DNA of 64,000 bases from Patescibacteria group bacterium (GCA_020148145.1 JAHCRE010000021.1:2538-66537); one strand, 5' to 3'. Counted from the first letter of the stretch, positions 49,289-58,584 are shown. Notes: a model not told the origin generated them from the sequence alone. Numbers and translations are program-made.

Positions 49289-50323
49289 ATGTCAATTTTA
49301 AATTTGTTAGACAAAAAATGGGTTGGGAATTTCTTTCAAGGCCGTTTTGCTAAATATTTTCCCGAAGCAGAAAAATTAATAGATTTTAGAATAAAGATTT
49401 TAAAAATATTTTTAAATTATCAACGGATAAGTATCAGATATAACCTGCTTTTATCTTCCCAGAGTAAAAGTTTTAAAAAGTCGGTAATCGTTAAAGCAGA
49501 GAAAAAAACAGGTTCCGTCAAAAAAACTTCTGGAATAGAAATAGATTATTTAACCAACCTCTTTATAAAAGCTCAAGGATTAAATTATCTTATTCCTCGT
49601 ATCTTAGAATATTACCAACCGTTAGGGGCTTTTTTTTATGAACCAATTGAGGGCCTTTGCCTTAAGCAATTAAGCATTGAACACCGCAGCGAAGAATTTA
49701 TGAAACTTATCCCAAAGGTTGCCGTGGCTATTAAAAAAATACATCAGTTTAGAAATAAATACCAAATAATTTTAAAAAATCAAGCCTGGGAAAACGAACA
49801 ATATAAACATAATTTATTTTTAATAGAAAAATACTACCCTTTTAATTTCGAACGTTTTAAAAAATTAATTAAAGCTTGTAAAGATTTCAAACTAAAACAT
49901 AAAGATGATTTCTCTTCCGAAAATTATTGTTTGACTCATGGCGATCTTCATAGTGGAAATATTTTTATAACTGACCAACGAATAAAATTTTTGGATTTTT
50001 CCGATGCTGGATTATATGACCCTCTTAGCGACTTAGGTTCTTTTTTCATTCATACTGAATTAATGTTTGAGTATGACTTCCACCAAAACTACCAAGAAAT
50101 GATTAAGGAAGTTAGAGGTTTGTTTTATCAAGATTATTTTAACCGTTCCCCAACTAATTCAGAAAAAAATAGAATCTATTATTATATCCTTAATAATTTG
50201 TTTCGAATTATCGGTTATGCTGCCCTAAACGAAGGTAGTTATAAAAAACTGACAGGGCCGAATAAACTACTAGAAAAATTAATTAAAATCGGGGAAGAAA
50301 AATTAATTTCTAAAAATTTTTAA
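49289..50323 (+). CDS. APH/choline-kinase-fold phosphotransferase (possible sugar kinase)
   Basis: Catalytic loop LTHGDLHSGNIF and FLDFSDAG (DFG-like). Confidence 0.65.
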   Translation: MSILNLLDKKWVGNFFQGRFAKYFPEAEKLIDFRIKILKIFLNYQRISIRYNLLLSSQSKSFKKSVIVKAEKKTGSVKKTSGIEIDYLTNLFIKAQGLNYLIPRILEYYQPLGAFFYEPIEGLCLKQLSIEHRSEEFMKLIPKVAVAIKKIHQFRNKYQIILKNQAWENEQYKHNLFLIEKYYPFNFERFKKLIKACKDFKLKHKDDFSSENYCLTHGDLHSGNIFITDQRIKFLDFSDAGLYDPLSDLGSFFIHTELMFEYDFHQNYQEMIKEVRGLFYQDYFNRSPTNSEKNRIYYYILNNLFRIIGYAALNEGSYKKLTGPNKLLEKLIKIGEEKLISKNF

Positions 50324-50329
50324 AAAAAT

Positions 50330-51727
50330 ATGAAAGTTCTATTTGTAGCTTCAGAAGTAGCTCCCATTGCTAAGGTTGGAGGTTTAGCTGACGTAGTCGG
50401 ATCTTTACCTAAGACCTTAAAAAAAATGGGGGTTAACGTTTCTGTAGCTTTACCTTTTTATGAGGTAATAAAGATTAAAAAGAAAGACTTAAAATTAATT
50501 CAGAAAGATATTCTTGTTAGATTTAAACAAAAAAGAGAGAGCTTTAACCTCTGGCAGACCTTTTTACCCAAAAGTCGTGTTCCCCTTTTTTTAATTGAAA
50601 ATAAAAACTACTTTCCTGGAAAATATGTTTATCCTGAAGCTGATGCTTCTTCCGGGGGAAGCGAACAAGAGTTCAGTAGATTTTTATTTCTGTCGGTAGC
50701 TGCCATAAAAGTGGCAAAACTGATTAAGGCTAAAATTTTGCATTGTCATGACTGGCATATAGCATTAATTCCTTTTTTGGTCAAAAAAGAAAATTCTAAA
50801 GTAAAGACACTTTTAACCATTCATAACTTAAGATATCAAGGTATATATCCTAATAAACTTGTCAATAAATTTTTAGGAACAAACTTCTCTAAAAAAAAAG
50901 TAAATTGCCTAAAACTGGGAATTTTAACTGCTGATTTTTTAAATACTGTAAGTCCAACCTATTCCCGAGAAATTTTGACCAAAAGATATGGTGAGAATTT
51001 AAATAGAATACTTTTAAAAAGGAAAAAAGATCTTTTTGGGATTTTGAATGGTATCGATCAAGATCAATTTGACTCAAACACTGATCCCAATTTGAAAGTA
51101 AATTATTCTTTCTCCACGGTGAATAAAAAAAGAGAAAATAAAGCAGATCTTCAAAAAATTTTAAAACTTCCTCAAAGTCAAAAAACTCCTTTATTCAGTT
51201 TTATCGGACGTTTAACTTTTCAAAAAGGAGTTGATTTAATTAGTCAAATTGTTCCTGACTTAGTAAGTTCTGGTTGCCAATTGGTGATTTTGGGGGTAGG
51301 AGAACGAAAATATGAAAAAAAGCTCTTAAAATTAGCAAAAAGATATCCAAAAAATGTCTCGGTTCAAATCAAATTTGATCCAGTCTTAGCTCAAAAAATT
51401 TATGCTGGTTCTGATTTATTTCTAATGCCTTCTCGTTTTGAGCCTTGCGGCTTAGGTCAGTTAATTGCCCAGAGATACGGGACTATTCCGATTGCGAGGA
51501 AAACCGGAGGCTTGGTTGATACAATAGAGCAAGAAAAAACCGGATTTCTTTTTAAAAAATACAAAAAACAAGCTTTTTTAAAAATCATTAAAAAAGCTTT
51601 AAAATTTTATCAAAATCAGAAAAAATGGAGAAAATTAATTAAAAAAGCAATGGAAAAAGATTTTTCCTGGAAAAAATCAGCCAGAAAATATCTAAAATTA
51701 TACAAAATTTTAGCCCTTGATTTTTAG
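50330..51727 (+). CDS. glgA: Glycogen/starch synthase (GT5), paralog 2
   Basis: FVASEVAPIAKVGGLADVVGSLP, HNLRYQG, PSRFEPCGLGQLIAQRYG. Confidence 0.87.
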   Translation: MKVLFVASEVAPIAKVGGLADVVGSLPKTLKKMGVNVSVALPFYEVIKIKKKDLKLIQKDILVRFKQKRESFNLWQTFLPKSRVPLFLIENKNYFPGKYVYPEADASSGGSEQEFSRFLFLSVAAIKVAKLIKAKILHCHDWHIALIPFLVKKENSKVKTLLTIHNLRYQGIYPNKLVNKFLGTNFSKKKVNCLKLGILTADFLNTVSPTYSREILTKRYGENLNRILLKRKKDLFGILNGIDQDQFDSNTDPNLKVNYSFSTVNKKRENKADLQKILKLPQSQKTPLFSFIGRLTFQKGVDLISQIVPDLVSSGCQLVILGVGERKYEKKLLKLAKRYPKNVSVQIKFDPVLAQKIYAGSDLFLMPSRFEPCGLGQLIAQRYGTIPIARKTGGLVDTIEQEKTGFLFKKYKKQAFLKIIKKALKFYQNQKKWRKLIKKAMEKDFSWKKSARKYLKLYKILALDF

Positions 51728-51750
51728 CAAAAATTTGATAAAATTAGGAT

Positions 51751-53496
51751 ATGATTTTTTCTCCAATCGATGAGATAAAAAATAGATTGGACATTGTTGA
51801 GGTAATCAAAGGTTATATTAAATTAAAAAAAGCCGGACAGAATTATAGAGCACTTTGCCCCTTTCACTCTGAGAAAAGGCCCTCATTTTTTGTTTCGCCA
51901 GCCAGACAAATCTGGCATTGCTTTGGGTGTAATTTAGGGGGGGACATTTTTAGGTTCGTAATGCAAGTTGAGGGAGTTGAATTTGGCGATGCCCTGAGAA
52001 TTTTAGCCCAAAAAGCTGGGGTTGAGTTAAAAAGGCAAGATCCAAAATTAAGAACTGAGAGACAAAGACTTTACGAGGTTTATGAATTATCCACTCTTTT
52101 TTTCGAAAAGCAACTTAAAGGAAGTAAAAGAGGTCAAGAGGCAAAAAAATATCTCATTCAAAGGGGGATAAATGAAGAATCAATTAAAAAATGGCAAGTT
52201 GGCTATGCTCCTGAAACCTGGAGAGGTTTGACCGATTTTTTAGTTTCAAAAGGTTACAGACCAGAGGAGGTGGAGAAGGCTGGTTTATCTATAAAATCTG
52301 AAACTGAAAATTTCTATGATCGATTTCGGGGAAGAATTATTTTCCCCATTTTTGATTTAAATTCTCAGGTTATTGGTTTCGGTGGTCGAATATTTGCAGA
52401 AATTAAAAAAACAGATAAAGAAGTAGCGAAATACATTAACATCCCTAACACCTTACTTTATGATAAAAGTCGGATTTTGTATGGCTTAGATAAGGCAAAA
52501 ATGGAAATTAGAAAAAGAGATTCCTGTATCTTGGTCGAAGGATATACTGACGTGATTATGAGTTCCCAGGCAGGTTTTGGAAATGTAGTAGCAACTTCCG
52601 GAACTGCCTTAACTCCTTATCAATTAAAGATCCTTAGACGTTTCACAGAGAATTTATTAACTGCTTTTGATATGGATGTTGCCGGAGATTCAGCAACTAA
52701 GAGAGGAATAGATTTAGCCCAGTCTACCGGTTTTAATATAAAGATTGTTACTATGCCAGAAGATTTAGATCCGGCTGATATTATTTCCAAAAACCCAAAA
52801 GACTGGGAAAAAGAAATTAATCAGGCCAAATCAATCCTCGATTTTTATTTTGAAAACACTTTTTCAAGATTTGATAAAAAAACACCACAAGGGAAAAAAG
52901 AAATTTCAAGAATTATATTACCGGTTATAAAAAGGATTCCAAATAAGATTGAGCAGGCCCACTGGGTTCAGCAGTTGGCAAAGGCCCTTGAGGTTAAAGA
53001 AGAAGATGTGGCAGTTGAATTGAGGAAAACAAAAATAGAGCCCCAAGAAATCGAAACTGAAATTACCTCTCTGCCTCCAAAATCAAGAAAAGAACTTTTA
53101 GAAGAGAGGTTCTTAATCTTAGCCTTGAAATCTCCAGAAAATCTTAAAAAAGTTTTCAAAGAAGATTTTCATTTTTTTTCTCCCAAAACTTCCCAGATCT
53201 TTGCTTATTTTAAAAAAGAAATTCCAGAGAAAAAATTAGATTCTGAATCAACGGATTTTTTAAATTATATTTATTTGAAATCAGAAATTGAAATTGAAGA
53301 AGGAGATTCAAAAGAGGAATTTAAAAACTGTCTAAAGGAAATTAAAACTTTAGAAATTAAAAATAAATTAGATAAAATTTCTCGGGAGATTAAAAAGGCT
53401 GAAGAAGAAAAAGATTTAACAAAAATTCAGAAACTTTTGGAGGAATTCAATCTTTACTCAAAATCGCTCCGCGATTTGGAGACCTCAATTCAATAG
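51751..53496 (+). CDS. dnaG: DNA primase
   Basis: Zn-ribbon [11 protein letters not shown]...HCFGC, RNAP domain, TOPRIM VEGYTDV. Confidence 0.93.
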   Translation: MIFSPIDEIKNRLDIVEVIKGYIKLKKAGQNYRALCPFHSEKRPSFFVSPARQIWHCFGCNLGGDIFRFVMQVEGVEFGDALRILAQKAGVELKRQDPKLRTERQRLYEVYELSTLFFEKQLKGSKRGQEAKKYLIQRGINEESIKKWQVGYAPETWRGLTDFLVSKGYRPEEVEKAGLSIKSETENFYDRFRGRIIFPIFDLNSQVIGFGGRIFAEIKKTDKEVAKYINIPNTLLYDKSRILYGLDKAKMEIRKRDSCILVEGYTDVIMSSQAGFGNVVATSGTALTPYQLKILRRFTENLLTAFDMDVAGDSATKRGIDLAQSTGFNIKIVTMPEDLDPADIISKNPKDWEKEINQAKSILDFYFENTFSRFDKKTPQGKKEISRIILPVIKRIPNKIEQAHWVQQLAKALEVKEEDVAVELRKTKIEPQEIETEITSLPPKSRKELLEERFLILALKSPENLKKVFKEDFHFFSPKTSQIFAYFKKEIPEKKLDSESTDFLNYIYLKSEIEIEEGDSKEEFKNCLKEIKTLEIKNKLDKISREIKKAEEEKDLTKIQKLLEEFNLYSKSLRDLETSIQ

Positions 53497-53506
53497 CCCC
53501 GAATCT

Positions 53507-54757
53507 ATGAAAAAAACAAAAAAAATAAAGAGAATAAAGAAAACAAAGAAAGCGAAAAAGACGAAAAGAAAAAAAAGAGCAAAAAGAACAAAAAAGAGAC
53601 CCTTACCTGTCAAAAAAAGAAAAAAGATCAAAAAACGAAAAAAGATTAAAAAAAGAAGGCCTAAGAAAAAGGCAAGAGTGCCCAAAAAGAGAAAAGAGAT
53701 TATTACCCCAGAAAAAATTCAGGCTTTAAAAAAAAGGGGGAAAGAGCGAGGCTTTGTTACCTTGGCTGAGATTTTATATTTTTTCCCAAAAATAGAAAAA
53801 GATATTCAAGGTTTAGAGGAACTTTATGGAGAATTGGAAAAAGAAGAGATTCAGGTTAAAGAGGCTAAAGAACTTTTGGAAGTAAAAGAGATTCCTGAGA
53901 AAAAAAAGGTTCTTAAAAAATCTAGAAAATTAAAAATCGACCCAGTCCAGATGTATTTAAAAGAAATTGGAAAAGTATCTTTTTTGACTGCTGATGAAGA
54001 AAAGGAATTATCTAAAAGAATCGAGAAAGGAGATGAGGCGGCAAAGAAAAAATTAGCCAGGGCAAATTTAAGATTGGTAGTTTCTATTGCCAAAAGGTAT
54101 ATAAGAAGATCCCCAAATTTAACTTTACTTGATTTAATTCAAGAAGGAAATCGTGGCCTTTTCCGGGCAGTGGTAAAATTTGATTGGAGAAGAGGATATA
54201 AGTTTTCTACCTATGCTACCTGGTGGATAAGGCAGGCGATTACTAGGGCTTTGGCTGATCAGTCCAGAACTATCAGAGTTCCAGTCCATATGGTTGAAAC
54301 AATTTCAAAATACGTTAAGGTTAAAAGAAAACTTTTACAGGATTTAGGTCGAGAACCTTTACCAGAGGAGATTGCTGCTGAGATGGGAATTAATGTTAAC
54401 AAAGTCCATCATATCAAGAGGGTTTCTCAGAAAACTGTCTCTCTAGAAACTCCGGTTGGGGAAGAAGAAGATAGTACTTTAGTTGAATTTATCGAGGATG
54501 AAAAGACAATTTTACCATCTTTATCTGCCGCTAGAACTCTTTTAAAAGAAAGATTAAAAGAAATTTTAGTTGACTTGACTCCTAGAGAACAAAAGATATT
54601 AAGAATGAGATTTGGTTTAGACGATGGAATCACCCATACATTAGAAGAAGTAGGAAGAGTATTTGGAGTAACTAGAGAAAGAATTAGGCAAATTGAAGCC
54701 AAAGCCCTAGAGAGGATAAGAGAACATAGAAAGCTTAAAAAGTTGAAAGGATACTAA
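53507..54757 (+). CDS. rpoD: RNA polymerase sigma factor RpoD (sigma-70 family) with an extremely basic N-terminal tail
   Basis: Region 2 (LIQEGN.GL..AV.KFD...[16 protein letters not shown]) and region 4.2 ([20 protein letters not shown]). The first 65 or so residues are almost only K/R. Confidence 0.93.
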   Translation: MKKTKKIKRIKKTKKAKKTKRKKRAKRTKKRPLPVKKRKKIKKRKKIKKRRPKKKARVPKKRKEIITPEKIQALKKRGKERGFVTLAEILYFFPKIEKDIQGLEELYGELEKEEIQVKEAKELLEVKEIPEKKKVLKKSRKLKIDPVQMYLKEIGKVSFLTADEEKELSKRIEKGDEAAKKKLARANLRLVVSIAKRYIRRSPNLTLLDLIQEGNRGLFRAVVKFDWRRGYKFSTYATWWIRQAITRALADQSRTIRVPVHMVETISKYVKVKRKLLQDLGREPLPEEIAAEMGINVNKVHHIKRVSQKTVSLETPVGEEEDSTLVEFIEDEKTILPSLSAARTLLKERLKEILVDLTPREQKILRMRFGLDDGITHTLEEVGRVFGVTRERIRQIEAKALERIREHRKLKKLKGY

Positions 54758-54794
54758 AAATATTTTATAATATAAGTGTCGCTTCGCGACACAT

Positions 54795-55124
54795 TCCGGC
54801 GTAGCGCAATGGTAGCGCGGGTGCCTGTGAACTTATACGCAGCTTCCTCGAGAAATCGAGGTTGAAAAACGAGGTGAATTGCGGGAAGCCTAATCCGCCT
54901 TAGGCGGAATGGTAATCCGCAGCCAAGCCCTGTGAGATAATTTCACATCTCATAGGGAAGGTTCAGAGACTATCCCGAAAGGGAGTACCCATTCAGAGAG
55001 TAAATTCTGAATGGGGAAGCGCCTCGCTCCCACAATTTTTGGGAGATGAGATAGTCCACCCTTAGTGGAAACACTAGGATAAGGTGTAAGCACTAGGTTG
55101 TAGGTTCGAGTCCTACCGCCGGAG
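54795..55124 (+). tRNA. tRNA-Asn (GUU) interrupted by a group I intron (exons 54795-54828 and 55087-55124)
   Basis: Spliced product: TCCGGCG-TA-GCGC-AATGGTA-GCGC-G-GGTGC-CTGT/TAA-GCACT-AGGTT-GTAGG-TTCGAGT-CCTAC-CGCCGGA-G. Discriminator G73 fits Asn. Thr(UGU) is the alternative if splicing occurs after U33. Confidence 0.8.
54829..55086 (+). ncRNA. Group I intron (IC3-like, no ORF) in the tRNA anticodon loop
   Basis: AATGGTAATCCGCAGCCAAGCC and GAAGGTTCAGAGACTATCC closely match blocks I recall from the Azoarcus tRNA-Ile and cyanobacterial tRNA-Leu introns. P7 GACTATC/GATAGTC. P1: exon CUGU pairs with GCAG (54839-42), with U.G at the splice site. Terminal G at 55086. Confidence 0.85.
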
Positions 55125-55125
55125 C
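55103..55125 (+). repeat. Direct repeat copy 1 (tRNA-Asn 3' end), GGTTCGAGTCCTACCGCCGGAGC
   Basis: Identical 23-mer recurs at 58172-58194. Confidence 0.9.
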
Positions 55126-55194
55126 AGGCTAGTGCTCGATTCGAGCGACCGAGATGCCTTTGGCTTGTGTCCAGTCCGCAAAGCTGATATTTTT

Positions 55195-55214
55195 CGCCCG
55201 AGAGTTTTTCTCGG
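55195..55214 (+). terminator. Hairpin module beta (CCGAGAG-TTTT-TCTCGG), copy 1
   Basis: CGCCCGAGAGTTTTTCTCGG. Near-identical copies end at 58221 and 63663; an inverted half-copy lies at 58572-58584. Confidence 0.5.
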
Positions 55215-55253
55215 ACTTTTCGTTTTACAGGGAAGGAGATATAATGAGGTAAG

Positions 55254-56888
55254 ATGAAAAAAGCGATTTTAATAATATCCGTAATAATCCTTGTAATTGT
55301 TATATTGGTTTTTCTTTTTTTTGTTGGTTTTTCAAAGATATCAACAAATAAGGATATCTATAAAACAAGAGAAGAAGTTATTGTTTCTTTTTCTGATTTT
55401 AGACTACTTCGCTGTAACACTAGCCCAAGTATTACAAACATGTTATTTTATTATGAAACTTCAGAGGGCTGGAAAAGAATAATCCACGAAGACTGGCATG
55501 TTACCTGGGGAGGCATAGCTTGCGTTGATGGTAAGCCCGTACACGGTGTTCATCCAGGAGATATACAAAGATGTACTTTTTTTATCCTTCCATATAAATC
55601 GGGAACATATACTTGGGACTCTAAAGTTTATGAATCAAAAGGGGTGGAAGAAATTTGCGGAGAATTAGAGAAACCCGTTCCTTCTTTTCAATCAAAACCT
55701 GCCTCTCCTGGCAAATATAAAGTAAAATTTGGCAGTGCACAAAAAATTTTTGAGATTAAGGAAGCGATACTGCTAGAACAAATAATACCGCAGGGCGAAG
55801 AACAAGAAAAAGAAACTAGATCAAATAAAGTTCTGACATTACTTACCAAGGTGCCGGCAGACTACAGAAACTTTGCTGATCGTTATGTTGCGTTAAGCTC
55901 ATTGGATATCACAACCGGAGAAAAAACAGAACTTACCCGTTGGGCAGCCTGTGAAGCAACTATTGTACTGTCTCCAGATAAGAATAAGATAGCATATTTT
56001 ATAAAACCGAATGATCGATGCGAAAAAGAATACTATGAGGGAGGTGATGGTCATACAGAATTATGGATATCTGACATATCGGGTAAAGATAAACAGCCTG
56101 CCGCGCGATGGGTATGGAAATTCACTACCCCAAAGTGGTCAGCAGATGGAAAATATGTTGCGTATGACCGGGTCATTGAACACCCCTATCCGCAAGAAAG
56201 AGAACATATATTACTTGTGTATGATCTGCAGAAAAAGACTGAGCAATCTCTTGGATCATTTTTCGGAGCGGCTCATAAGATTATTGGATTTTCTCAAGGT
56301 AGCGAATCGGTCTATTATAATGATGGTCAATTCCTCTACAAAGTAGATATCTCAAACCAAGATAGAGAAAAAATATATACTCACGAATATGGCTTTTATC
56401 AGCACTTTGTGGTATCTCCGGATAGTCGCAGCATTGCTGTCTTTAAAGAGGAGGACTGGTACGGAGGGAAAACGACTCCTCTGGAAACAAAGATTGGGGT
56501 AATCGAAACGTCAACCGGAAAGTATCGCGAACTCTATAATGGCACAGACGCCTTCGCATCTTATACTTACCGAAATAGCTTCGTTTTTCTACCAGATAAT
56601 TCTCGTGTAGTATACGGAACGGCAAAAAAAGGTGAAGGAGGGTTGTGGGCTATTGATATAACTACAGGCGAACGAAAGGAATTAGAGGAAACTTCATCTT
56701 CAACTCTGCACGGAATAGCGCCAATAGCGCTATCTGCAGACGGCGATCTTGTGCTGTATAGCGGTTGGGCATCAGAAACAACATATTATTATACGATCTC
56801 CCTATCTACTGGCGTCGTCACAAACCTTGAGAATACCCGTACCGCTACGCCATACTCAGGAGAGAGATTTTTGGATTGGTTAAATTAA
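55254..56888 (+). CDS. Membrane-anchored PD40/TolB-like beta-propeller repeat protein
   Basis: N-terminal TM helix. Repeated ...SPD...IAY / SADGKYVAY / SPDSRSIAV / LPDNSRVVY / SADGDLVLY motifs. Visibly higher G+C than the core genes. Confidence 0.6.
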   Translation: MKKAILIISVIILVIVILVFLFFVGFSKISTNKDIYKTREEVIVSFSDFRLLRCNTSPSITNMLFYYETSEGWKRIIHEDWHVTWGGIACVDGKPVHGVHPGDIQRCTFFILPYKSGTYTWDSKVYESKGVEEICGELEKPVPSFQSKPASPGKYKVKFGSAQKIFEIKEAILLEQIIPQGEEQEKETRSNKVLTLLTKVPADYRNFADRYVALSSLDITTGEKTELTRWAACEATIVLSPDKNKIAYFIKPNDRCEKEYYEGGDGHTELWISDISGKDKQPAARWVWKFTTPKWSADGKYVAYDRVIEHPYPQEREHILLVYDLQKKTEQSLGSFFGAAHKIIGFSQGSESVYYNDGQFLYKVDISNQDREKIYTHEYGFYQHFVVSPDSRSIAVFKEEDWYGGKTTPLETKIGVIETSTGKYRELYNGTDAFASYTYRNSFVFLPDNSRVVYGTAKKGEGGLWAIDITTGERKELEETSSSTLHGIAPIALSADGDLVLYSGWASETTYYYTISLSTGVVTNLENTRTATPYSGERFLDWLN

Positions 56889-57081
56889 TTTTGGTTTAAC
56901 ACATATTTTTGGATCACCTAAAATTGCGTCTTCTTGCCGGGTTTCTGCCAAGGCGGTTCAGTCCTAAGCTCTTCGAAGGGTTTTTGTTTTGGAAAGAATG
57001 TGGTAAAACGAATAATTCAACCTCAACCGGAGAAAAAGCACGAACAAACATCAAGTCAAAACACTCTTTTGTGGTCATCCA

Positions 57082-57144
57082 GTAGGTTCTAATGTTGTCC
57101 ACGACTCGGAGCAGGTTAGTGCTCGGTTTGAGAGACCGAGCCGC
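57082..57144 (+). repeat. Degenerate tRNA-3'-end + flank repeat (module alpha), copy R2
   Basis: GTAGGTTCTAATGTTGTCCACGACTCGGAGCAGGTTAGTGCTCGGTTTGAGAGACCGAGCCGC. Compare tRNA end + flank GTAGGTTCGAGTCCTACCGCCGGAGCAGGCTAGTGCTCGATTCGAGCGACCGAG. Confidence 0.75.
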
Positions 57145-57278
57145 ATCTCATTTTCAGAATCAGTTCGAGAAAAAAATCGCCCTACCCCGCTAGGAAATCG
57201 AACTTTTCCGAACAAATAGAAATTCGCCGACGAGGCGAATTTTTGTTAGAATGAAATAAAAGATAATCTAATTAGCTT

Positions 57279-58055
57279 ATGGAGATAACTTTTTTAGGCA
57301 CTGGCGGAGTATTAGGAGTTCCTGTTTGGTCCTGTAATTGTAAAGTTTGTAAAGAAGAAATCAAGAAAGACAAAAGAAATATTAGGACAAGACCATCAAT
57401 TTTAGTTACTTCTGGAAATAAAAGAATACTTGTTGATACCGGCCCTGATTTTAGAGCCCAAATGCTAAGAGAAGGAATAAAAAAAATTGATTATGTTCTC
57501 TTAACTCACATTCATATGGATCATAGTGCTTGCCTGATGGAATTAAGAGCTGGAGGCAAACTCCAGTTAGAAATACCAAAAGAAGTCTACGAAGGATTGA
57601 AAGAAAACAGAAGAGTTTTAAGTTATTTATTCGCCAGAAATCCAGACATCAAAATTGACATATTTAAACCTAAAAAGATTGGAAATCTTTTTGTTGAACA
57701 AATTAAGGTTAAACATAAAAAAGATTATTCAGAAGAAGAACAACCAACTTTCGGCTTTCTTTTTATAGAAAATGGATACAGGGTTGCATATATTCCTGAC
57801 TTCTCTGAAGTAGTAGATAAAGAAAAGGTAAAAGGCTTAGATATTTTTATATGTGACGGTGCAACTCTTGAGACTAAGTGGGGTCATATAGGTATTAAAG
57901 GGGGTATTAAATTATATAAAGAACTTAAACCAAAATTAATGATTTTTACTCATTTAAACCACTCGCACTCACATAAAGAACTTGAGAAATACGTGAGTCA
58001 ATTCGGCAATATTAAATTAGCTTACGATGGTTTAACTATTAAGGCAAATGATTAG
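57279..58055 (+). CDS. MBL-fold metallo-hydrolase (PhnP/PqqB-like)
   Basis: HIHMDH motif; N-terminal CNCKVC cysteine cluster, as in PhnP-type enzymes. Confidence 0.72.
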   Translation: MEITFLGTGGVLGVPVWSCNCKVCKEEIKKDKRNIRTRPSILVTSGNKRILVDTGPDFRAQMLREGIKKIDYVLLTHIHMDHSACLMELRAGGKLQLEIPKEVYEGLKENRRVLSYLFARNPDIKIDIFKPKKIGNLFVEQIKVKHKKDYSEEEQPTFGFLFIENGYRVAYIPDFSEVVDKEKVKGLDIFICDGATLETKWGHIGIKGGIKLYKELKPKLMIFTHLNHSHSHKELEKYVSQFGNIKLAYDGLTIKAND

Positions 58056-58129
58056 AAAAATTAAATTATCAGACAAGGTATCCTTATTGCCCAATTCCCA
58101 AAAAACCAAACTCCAGTATTGTACTCTTT

Positions 58130-58221
58130 GGAGCAGACCGAGCCGCCTATCCCGTTAGGGCGACCGAGAGGGGTTCGAGTCCTACCGCCGGAGCCCGTCG
58201 CCCCGAGAGTTTTTCTCGGGG
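58130..58221 (+). repeat. Composite repeat R3: truncated alpha + GTTAGGGCGACCGAG hairpin + perfect 23-bp tRNA 3' end copy (58172-58194) + beta hairpin
   Basis: GGAGCAGACCGAGCCGCCTATCCCGTTAGGGCGACCGAGAGGGGTTCGAGTCCTACCGCCGGAGCCCGTCGCCCCGAGAGTTTTTCTCGGGG. Confidence 0.85.
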
Positions 58222-58286
58222 TTGATTTTGAGTTAGAGATTTGATAGAGTAGATTTAGATCGTTAACAAAAAATGGGAGTGAGAAG

Positions 58287-58508
58287 GTGAGTAATAGATA
58301 CCAAAACATATATACTATTGGCTTCTTTGTCACATTTATCGGGGCTTTGCTTTGTATGTTCGGTGTAATATGGGAATCCTTATTCTTCATAGCTCTTCCA
58401 ATGATAGTTATCGGAATAGCCTTCACCACATATGCGTCGTGGGATGACAGAGATTTGCGAGACACGAACCGCTGTAAGAACGAGGCCCAACAGAAGTGTG
58501 TAATCTAA
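58287..58508 (+). CDS. Small two-TM membrane protein (GTG start)
   Basis: 73 aa and hydrophobic, followed by a clean terminator. Function unknown. Confidence 0.45.
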   Translation: MSNRYQNIYTIGFFVTFIGALLCMFGVIWESLFFIALPMIVIGIAFTTYASWDDRDLRDTNRCKNEAQQKCVI

Positions 58509-58534
58509 ATCCTCTCTATTTAAATAAGGAATCC

Positions 58535-58566
58535 AAGTCAGGTTTTTTAAACACCTGACTTTTTTA
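58535..58566 (+). terminator. Rho-independent terminator
   Basis: AAGTCAGGT-9nt-ACCTGACTT followed by a T-run. Confidence 0.7.
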
Positions 58567-58584
58567 TTCAACCCCGAGAAAAAC

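Noticed and set aside
53485-53685. 66-aa minus-strand ORF (poly-Phe/Leu)
   Set aside because: It is the antisense of the poly-lysine-encoding 5' end of rpoD.
56889-57278. Possible decayed integrase or tRNA pseudogene in the 390-bp gap after the PD40 gene (including the 62-aa minus ORF 56914-57102)
   Set aside because: No tyrosine-recombinase box (R..H..R..Y context) or complete cloverleaf could be read. Only the T-arm-like AGGTTCT repeat is supported, and it is reported as repeat R2.
58061-58571. Minus-strand ORFs of 134 aa (58061-58465) and 63 aa (58380-58571)
   Set aside because: They run across the tRNA-derived repeat R3 and antisense to the small plus-strand membrane-protein gene, which has its own terminator. 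No motifs were found.
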